Positions 46,999 to 52,492 of a DNA stretch of 52,492 nucleotides are shown piece after piece. The stretch comes from a virus. Its lineage: Duplodnaviria; Caudoviricetes. The first letter of the stretch is position 1; each line of letters starts with the position of its first letter. The notes under the pieces were generated by a model. That model was given only the letters and a program-made list of their open reading frames with translations, was not told the DNA's origin and made no database searches. The stretch spans positions 1 to 52,492 of IMG/VR virus record IMGVR_UViG_3300027770_000074. One strand, written 5' to 3'. Both the position numbers and the translations under genes were made by a program.

Positions 46999-49629
46999 AT
47001 GGCTTACACATCAACATCAAAATTTGTTCAGCTCACTCCATATTTATTAATGGAGTATATGTATGCTGATCAGCCTACGCCAGAGAGCTACTTTACCAAT
47101 TCTGGAGGACAGACCGTTGGATATAATAAACTAATAAATGGATATCAAAGCGATTCTGTTCAAAATTTTAATCCTACAGCAGACGCCTCTATAACTAATA
47201 ATACAACATTAAACAGTGTTGTTAAAATAGCAGTAAACTCTTTTGTAACATTAGATTCTAATTTAATCATACCCTTTAATGATTATTCAGATGAGCTTAC
47301 CAACACATCAAGTCTACCTGTTGTTTTTCCTAGCAATCTCTCTGTTGTTTATGACACTGTGAGATATCATGTAAGAGCTGGTTATAACCTACAGAATATC
47401 GATGGTATAGTCGTGGGTATTGATTTTCAGGATTCTAATTTGAATTTTGTGACTATGTCACAAATTTTTATACAGAAGGGAACAGATCAAACGTATATTC
47501 TTAATCCAAATCCGGTAACAATTGGTTCTAATATTTATGACAAATATGTTCAGATAAAGATCCCGAGTTTGCAAGATATGAACAACAAGTTCATAAATAC
47601 ACCTTCTAATTTCATATCTCAATCCCTTGGTGGTCTTTTAAGCCAAAGTGGAAATGGATTTTTCTATGGTGCTCCTATGGTAGTGTCAGTCTGGCAAGTT
47701 CAAAGCACGCAAAGCTTTGCTGGTTATCCAAGATATGATTGTATTAAAATAGGGACTCTATCTTTAGAGGAGGAAGACCAATTTGCAAACATTGGTGCAA
47801 TCATACAAGAGTCAGATCAAGGACAGTTTTTTGAGTATTTTGCTACCGATAACGAGGGATTTATAGAGGATTTTATATTATTCCAAAATTCTATTGGAAA
47901 TCAGTATTATATAAATCATCAGATAGAAGTACTAGAACAAATCGGAGCTGCTATAATAGAGACTTCTAGATTTGAACAAATTCAAACCACCGCCTACGAT
48001 ACGCCAAACTATTATAGACCAATAGTTAAAAATGCAGCTTATGCTGCAACATTCTTTTTGAGATATACAATGTCTCTAGTTAATGCGGTGGATCAATCCA
48101 GGATTACTAGGATATCTACTTATTCATCAAATAATCCCGCTGAATGGGGATTAACTATAACCCCAATACAGCTAAGCAATTTTCCACAAGTACAAAAAAT
48201 TTACAATCGGGTTTACAACCAACCACAAATTAAGCTTGGCGGATTTGTTGCTCCCCCGCCAAGGGAGATTTATAAATTTACTAATGTTTTTATACAGCAG
48301 TATCAAATCTCCGCGGTATTTAAGAATCTAGTTTTTCAGGCTGGTGTGCTAACTGATAATGCTAGCTCTACAATTTCAAACCCAACTTCATCAACTACAG
48401 CTTTATCTAGCGGGAATCTTACCATCAGTATTTCACCTTTTGATAACTACTACAAGTTTCAATTTTTAAAGCAGGGATTAGATGGGAATCCAGCCTCTAT
48501 TGATTTAAGTACCTCTGGAAATTATAATATGTCTTTTCTTGATGACCAGGGTAATAAAATTTACATACCAGCTTTATTAGATCCAACTATTGCAAGATCT
48601 AGTGTTGGCGAACTTGCGTTCAAGGTGGATGAGTCTACTTCAGTAAAAATAGTATCTTTCACAGATAGAAGATTTTTTATCGTTAACGGGGGTCAAACAC
48701 CAGTAGGAGCAACTGGAACCAATTTAATAGGGATTGCACAGAATACTGACTCTATTTCTGGTAATCCTCAAAGAACAACAGATATCTTATCAAGTGCGAT
48801 AACTACAACAAACAACGTTCCTGTGAATTCTAGTCTTCCTGCATCGGTTGTTTACTGGGGTTATTGGAAAAAGGAGGGGGAGATAACCCAGATCCTTCAA
48901 CCTGAACCAATCCCATCTGCTACAGGACCAGCAGTTATCCCGGCAGCAACAGGACCAACAGGACCTGTTATAAATATACTGGATGAAATTGTAATCATAA
49001 GACCCAAGAAACCGATAATTAAATCAGTTCCTCCTGCTGCTCCTAGTGGAGGAGGTTGCTTTGTTGCAGGAACCTTAATAACACTATGGGACGGGTCTAT
49101 TATACCCATAGAAGAAGTGTGCATTGGCGACACCATCAGATCCTTTAATCTATTGGAAAATGTATTTGAACCTGGAAATGTCCTTAGTCTGATAAATGTT
49201 TTCCATGATACGCTTATCAAATTAACTTTGTCTGATCAAACGGAAATAACAAGTTCTCTTACTCACCCGTATTGGAGCTCTAATAAAAAATGCTGGGTTT
49301 CATATAAACCAGAAAGTACTTTTGAAATTCATGGAATAGAAAGTCAAGCTATATGTGTTGGTGATATTCTAATGAATTCGGATAGCGGAGAGAATATAGA
49401 AGTAACTGTTGACAATATAGAAATCATTAATACTGATGAAGATGTCTTGACATACAATTTTGAAGTTTCAGGTAATCACTGTTACTTCGCAAACGGAATT
49501 CTTGTTCACAATAAAGTTGCACCAGAGCCACCTAATAACGATAGACCAGCAAGCACACGTCCACAAACTAGAAGATCATATATTGGAGAAGGTGATGACA
49601 CTACCGGATCTGGATTTAATACGGCTTAA
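46999..49629 (+). CDS. Putative virion protein with Pro-rich linker and C-terminal Hint (intein-like) domain
   Basis: 876 aa; Hint domain at residues 687-838. Confidence 0.8.
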   Translation: MAYTSTSKFVQLTPYLLMEYMYADQPTPESYFTNSGGQTVGYNKLINGYQSDSVQNFNPTADASITNNTTLNSVVKIAVNSFVTLDSNLIIPFNDYSDELTNTSSLPVVFPSNLSVVYDTVRYHVRAGYNLQNIDGIVVGIDFQDSNLNFVTMSQIFIQKGTDQTYILNPNPVTIGSNIYDKYVQIKIPSLQDMNNKFINTPSNFISQSLGGLLSQSGNGFFYGAPMVVSVWQVQSTQSFAGYPRYDCIKIGTLSLEEEDQFANIGAIIQESDQGQFFEYFATDNEGFIEDFILFQNSIGNQYYINHQIEVLEQIGAAIIETSRFEQIQTTAYDTPNYYRPIVKNAAYAATFFLRYTMSLVNAVDQSRITRISTYSSNNPAEWGLTITPIQLSNFPQVQKIYNRVYNQPQIKLGGFVAPPPREIYKFTNVFIQQYQISAVFKNLVFQAGVLTDNASSTISNPTSSTTALSSGNLTISISPFDNYYKFQFLKQGLDGNPASIDLSTSGNYNMSFLDDQGNKIYIPALLDPTIARSSVGELAFKVDESTSVKIVSFTDRRFFIVNGGQTPVGATGTNLIGIAQNTDSISGNPQRTTDILSSAITTTNNVPVNSSLPASVVYWGYWKKEGEITQILQPEPIPSATGPAVIPAATGPTGPVINILDEIVIIRPKKPIIKSVPPAAPSGGGCFVAGTLITLWDGSIIPIEEVCIGDTIRSFNLLENVFEPGNVLSLINVFHDTLIKLTLSDQTEITSSLTHPYWSSNKKCWVSYKPESTFEIHGIESQAICVGDILMNSDSGENIEVTVDNIEIINTDEDVLTYNFEVSGNHCYFANGILVHNKVAPEPPNNDRPASTRPQTRRSYIGEGDDTTGSGFNTA
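49057..49512 (+). other. Hint domain (152 aa, BIL/pretoxin-Hint-like, no endonuclease)
   Basis: Block A CFVAGTLI...IPIEEV.IGD, block B SLTHPYW, blocks F/G TYNFEVSGNHCYFANGILVHN. The +1 residue is Lys. Confidence 0.9.
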
Positions 49630-49644
49630 AAAAAATATCAAAGG

Positions 49645-50202
49645 ATGCTTATAAATCCAAAATTAAACAGCTTTTATTTTAATTTTCCTAAGGGTTTTTT
49701 TAGTGAAAGGGTTACCGGTAAATACGAGGCTTATATAAAAAAACAGCCGATACCTTTTGACAATGTACAGCAATACGTAAATAGTACTATTCAGTCTATA
49801 AACATTCCTGGCTTGTCTATTGATTCTGTTGAACAAGTTAGATATCTTGGAAAAAAAGCCAACTATAAAAGTTCAACACCTATACAGGATTTATTCTCAA
49901 AGGATTTCACCATAGGATTTAAAGAAACAGATGGATTTATTAATTATTTTATAATGCTAGACACTGTTTTAGATTTTTTAAATTTTGGAAATCCCCAGAT
50001 TTTTATCCAGGATTTACCGGTTAGAATCATGGACAGCGAAGGAAATGTAATTGTGTCTCTCACTTTTAAGGAGGTAATATTCACATCTTTTTCTGAGATC
50101 TCTTTTAGCTACACAGCTAACAATCCACAATTCCAAAGTTTCTCTCTTGGCTTTAAATGCAACTATCTTGACTATCAATACGAAGCAAGAAAAGATATAT
50201 AA
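49645..50202 (+). CDS. Tail-tube-fold protein, T4 gp3 (tail completion/terminator)-like
   Basis: IQSINIPGLSI..VEQ and LTFKEVIFTSFSEISFSY.....FSLGF match the gp3/gp19 tube fold; 185 aa. Confidence 0.6.
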   Translation: MLINPKLNSFYFNFPKGFFSERVTGKYEAYIKKQPIPFDNVQQYVNSTIQSINIPGLSIDSVEQVRYLGKKANYKSSTPIQDLFSKDFTIGFKETDGFINYFIMLDTVLDFLNFGNPQIFIQDLPVRIMDSEGNVIVSLTFKEVIFTSFSEISFSYTANNPQFQSFSLGFKCNYLDYQYEARKDI

Positions 50203-50203
50203 T
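50194..50203 (+). promoter_or_regulatory. Putative late promoter GATATATAAT
   Basis: Overlaps the end of 49645..50202; 16 bp upstream of ATG 50220. Confidence 0.45.
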
Positions 50204-50219
50204 GTAAAGAAACATAAAT

Positions 50220-50453
50220 ATGAGAACATTAACTGAAAAATTGGTGGAAATGAAGTACGCTTCACCTTTTGGTACAGAGAAGGATAAAATAAAAAATTTA
50301 TTGATCGCAGCCTCTGGAAACGACCAAAGAGTTTTAAACGATCTTGTTGATTGTCTTTCTGAGGAGCAACTTGTGAAATGCTTCGATAAGCTTTCTAAAG
50401 TCTACGGTTACACCGGTTCTTATGGACAAGTAGTAAGTCCAAAAATTAAATAA
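50220..50453 (+). CDS. Hypothetical protein
   Basis: 77-aa ORF with an A-rich start context. Confidence 0.7.
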   Translation: MRTLTEKLVEMKYASPFGTEKDKIKNLLIAASGNDQRVLNDLVDCLSEEQLVKCFDKLSKVYGYTGSYGQVVSPKIK

Positions 50454-50457
50454 TACT

Positions 50458-50796
50458 TTGGATCATATAAAAGAGTTTAACTTTTTTTCTCAGCAGAAAG
50501 AAGATCCAGACCCAAAAAATCCTCTTGATAAATTTTTAAGGGAGAATTGGGATTGGATCGGAAAGCTTTTTGAAAAACACGGACTACGTGCTATCAACTA
50601 CGATGTTGTTAGCACTTTAATGTTTATGACTGAATTCGATCCTCCCAGGGATGAAATGCCTAAGGATATCTCTTTTCTGGTAAATGATATCCGTGATTCT
50701 ATATCATTCAAAATGGGAGACACCTCTCTAGATTGGAGATTTGGTATTGGCGATCCATTTTTATTAAGGTTTTTTACAGAAACTCCTTTTACTTAA
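50458..50796 (+). CDS. Hypothetical protein (TTG start)
   Basis: 112-aa ORF filling the gap between neighbours. Confidence 0.65.
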   Translation: MDHIKEFNFFSQQKEDPDPKNPLDKFLRENWDWIGKLFEKHGLRAINYDVVSTLMFMTEFDPPRDEMPKDISFLVNDIRDSISFKMGDTSLDWRFGIGDPFLLRFFTETPFT

Positions 50797-50812
50797 TCTT
50801 AAATTTTTATCG

Positions 50813-51496
50813 TTGGAAGAAACATTAATAGGAATAGATTTCTCCTTGAATTCCCCTTCTTTTTGTATATTATCAGATAACAATTTTTCATGGACCTCTA
50901 TTACGAGGTCAGATAGAAGTGCTGATTCTTTAACGAAAAACAAGAAGAAGCCTTTCTCCGTTTTATCTGAAACAGATGGATTTGAGATTATTTTTATAGA
51001 TAGGAAACAAATCCCTGATGACTATTCAGGTAGGGAAAGAACTAAGATAATATACTTTTATGAAATAGCGGAATTGATTTGGAACAAGATTTTAGAGAAA
51101 GTTGGAGACAGAAATTTCAAGGTTGCAATGGAGGGATTAAGCTTTTCCTCGAATGGAAACTCTCTCATCGATATCTCAATGGCCACTGCTTTTTTAAGAC
51201 TACTTATTATAAAAAAAATAGGTTCGGAAAATTTCCATGTTTTTTCCCCAACCTCTATAAAAAAATTCGCAATGAAGGGTAATGCAAAAAAAGACCAGCT
51301 CTATGATGCTCTAATTGCATTAAAAAACGATGAAACCAATTTAAATAAATTTACTAGTATTCTTAAAGACAATAGATCAGAGTGGATTACCCCAGCGGGG
51401 CAGGTTAATAAGCCACTTGACGATTTAGTCGATTCAACCTGGATTACCCTTTATTTGGATAATCTGATAAAAAATAATTACGATACCCCGAAATAA
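50813..51496 (+). CDS. RuvC-like Holliday junction resolvase (RNase H fold; TTG start)
   Basis: LIGIDFSLNSP, VAMEGLSF, SPTSIKKFA..GNAKKDQL and DDLVDS give the acidic catalytic pattern of phage RuvC-like enzymes. Confidence 0.8.
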   Translation: MEETLIGIDFSLNSPSFCILSDNNFSWTSITRSDRSADSLTKNKKKPFSVLSETDGFEIIFIDRKQIPDDYSGRERTKIIYFYEIAELIWNKILEKVGDRNFKVAMEGLSFSSNGNSLIDISMATAFLRLLIIKKIGSENFHVFSPTSIKKFAMKGNAKKDQLYDALIALKNDETNLNKFTSILKDNRSEWITPAGQVNKPLDDLVDSTWITLYLDNLIKNNYDTPK

Positions 51497-51585
51497 AATA
51501 TTTATTGGAAACTAAAGAATACAAATTGCATAAAAACTTCAATAGGATCATACATTTATAAAAATTAAAAATTAAAAAACAATTT

Positions 51586-52492
51586 ATGGGAAATTTAGAC
51601 ATTTTTAACTTAGACGCAGAAACATTTGTAACAAAAACAAATCAAAATCAAGGAAAGGATCTGGACTTTTATAAGCCGTATCCTGAAGACGGAAAGGATG
51701 GGGTTTATAAATCTTTAGTGAGATTTATTCCGAATCCAGCTAATCCGTCGAAATCAAAAATCCACAAATATTACGTTTACCTGAAAGATCCAGTAAGCGG
51801 AAATAGCTTTTCGGTAGATTGCCCTTCAACTGTTGGAAAAAAATCTATCCTAAAAGAGCTTTTTTGGAAGCTTAAAAACTCACACTCAGCAGCAGATCAG
51901 GAGATTGCAAAAAGTTTTTCTCGAAAAGAAGATTACTATTCATTGATCCAGATAGTACAGGACAAGAATAAACCAGAAATCGAGGGTAAAGTAATGCTTT
52001 TCAAATTCGGTAAAAAACTAAATGATCTTATAGAAGCACAGCTTCAGCCAGAATATGGCGATCCATGTAACCCATACGATCTTTTCGAAGGAAGAGAATT
52101 TGCAATTAATGTAAGAAAAGTTGGGGAGTGGAACAACTACGATCTTTGTGGTTTTGTTGGGGAAAAAACACCAATTAAAGTTAATGGTGTTCAGATGAAG
52201 AAAACTCAGGAGGACATGGAAAAAATCCTCGAGTATCTTAATAAAGATCCAAAAAATCTAACTTCGTTTGATTACAAGGACTGGGACGATGAGGTTACAG
52301 AAAAAGTAATGGGTGTTATTAGAAACACCATTCCTGAAAGCAGATTAATAAACGAGATCGTTGGATCTGTGTCTTCTTCTCCTTCTGCTAAAAATCAATC
52401 TTCGCCAGCGGAATCAAAATCACAATCTCAAGAGATATATCAGGACTCTTTTAACAGTTCTGCAGATATGGAGACCAAGCCATCACAAGCAA
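51586..52492 (+). CDS. Single-stranded DNA-binding protein, T4 gp32-like (truncated by window end)
   Basis: ATG 51586 is open to the window end: FYKP...DG.YKSLVRFIP, DCPSTVG, RKEDYYSLIQIVQD...PEIEGKVMLFKFGKK, PCNPYDLFEGREF...KVGEWNNYD. Not in the ORF track because the stop is missing. Confidence 0.9.
   Translation, partial: MGNLDIFNLDAETFVTKTNQNQGKDLDFYKPYPEDGKDGVYKSLVRFIPNPANPSKSKIHKYYVYLKDPVSGNSFSVDCPSTVGKKSILKELFWKLKNSHSAADQEIAKSFSRKEDYYSLIQIVQDKNKPEIEGKVMLFKFGKKLNDLIEAQLQPEYGDPCNPYDLFEGREFAINVRKVGEWNNYDLCGFVGEKTPIKVNGVQMKKTQEDMEKILEYLNKDPKNLTSFDYKDWDDEVTEKVMGVIRNTIPESRLINEIVGSVSSSPSAKNQSSPAESKSQSQEIYQDSFNSSADMETKPSQA

Noticed and set aside
49057-49512. Canonical mobile intein
   Set aside because: The +1 residue is Lys, there is no endonuclease domain, and the insertion is in a disordered tail rather than a conserved enzyme motif.
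1356-51282. Remaining short nested ORFs in the track (e.g. 1356, 2297, 10306, 11331, 15186, 16793, 24645, 33279, 38100, 48897, 50014, 51079)
   Set aside because: Wholly or largely overlapped by longer well-supported genes, with no recognisable motifs.
50813-51496. TnpB/Cas12-like or transposase RuvC
   Set aside because: Short stand-alone protein without a Zn ribbon, array or IS ends; sits beside SSB as expected for a resolvase.
1-52492. Stop-codon reassignment as seen in some jumbo phages
   Set aside because: Genes up to 5.5 kb are uninterrupted in the standard code, coding density is high, and TAG/TGA act as plausible gene ends.
1-52492. tRNA, rRNA or structured ncRNA genes; DGR template repeats
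   Set aside because: Intergenic gaps are short and AT-rich. I saw no cloverleaf motifs, reverse transcriptase or adenine-variant duplicated segments by eye (not computationally excluded).

Overview
This is a gene-dense, AT-rich segment of a large T4-like (contractile-tailed, probably jumbo) phage genome, read in the standard genetic code and almost entirely on the + strand. It contains a baseplate/neck module (gp53/LysM-like, hub-like, gp5/gpV spike, gp13 neck, gp25, gp6, gp7-like, gp3-like) and about 30 kb of very large, low-homology virion proteins with PKD, beta-propeller, CBM-like, gp9/gp10-anchor-plus-collagen and Hint domains. It ends with a RuvC-like resolvase and a partial gp32-like SSB. 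Non-structural genes embedded in the module are a ribosomal-protein-S1-like gene overlapping an amidoligase-type enzyme, a Myb-like regulator, phoH and a glycosyltransferase. The strongest candidate for an undescribed system is virion protein O-glycosylation. A DXD glycosyltransferase with motifs resembling plant peptidyl-Ser/Hyp O-glycosyltransferases (SERGT1/HPAT) lies 22 bp downstream of a 1680-aa baseplate protein carrying a 78-residue pure Ser/Thr mucin-like stalk, and the neighbouring virion proteins are rich in G-x-T-[G/A/S] motifs. Other highlights are three register-matched collagen-fibre paralogues (one broken by a 1-nt frameshift), a Hedgehog/BIL-like non-splicing Hint domain and a recurrent [G/A]ATATATA putative late promoter. 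Several signals point to a Bacteroidota host. All family assignments come from motif recognition by eye; no database searches were run.
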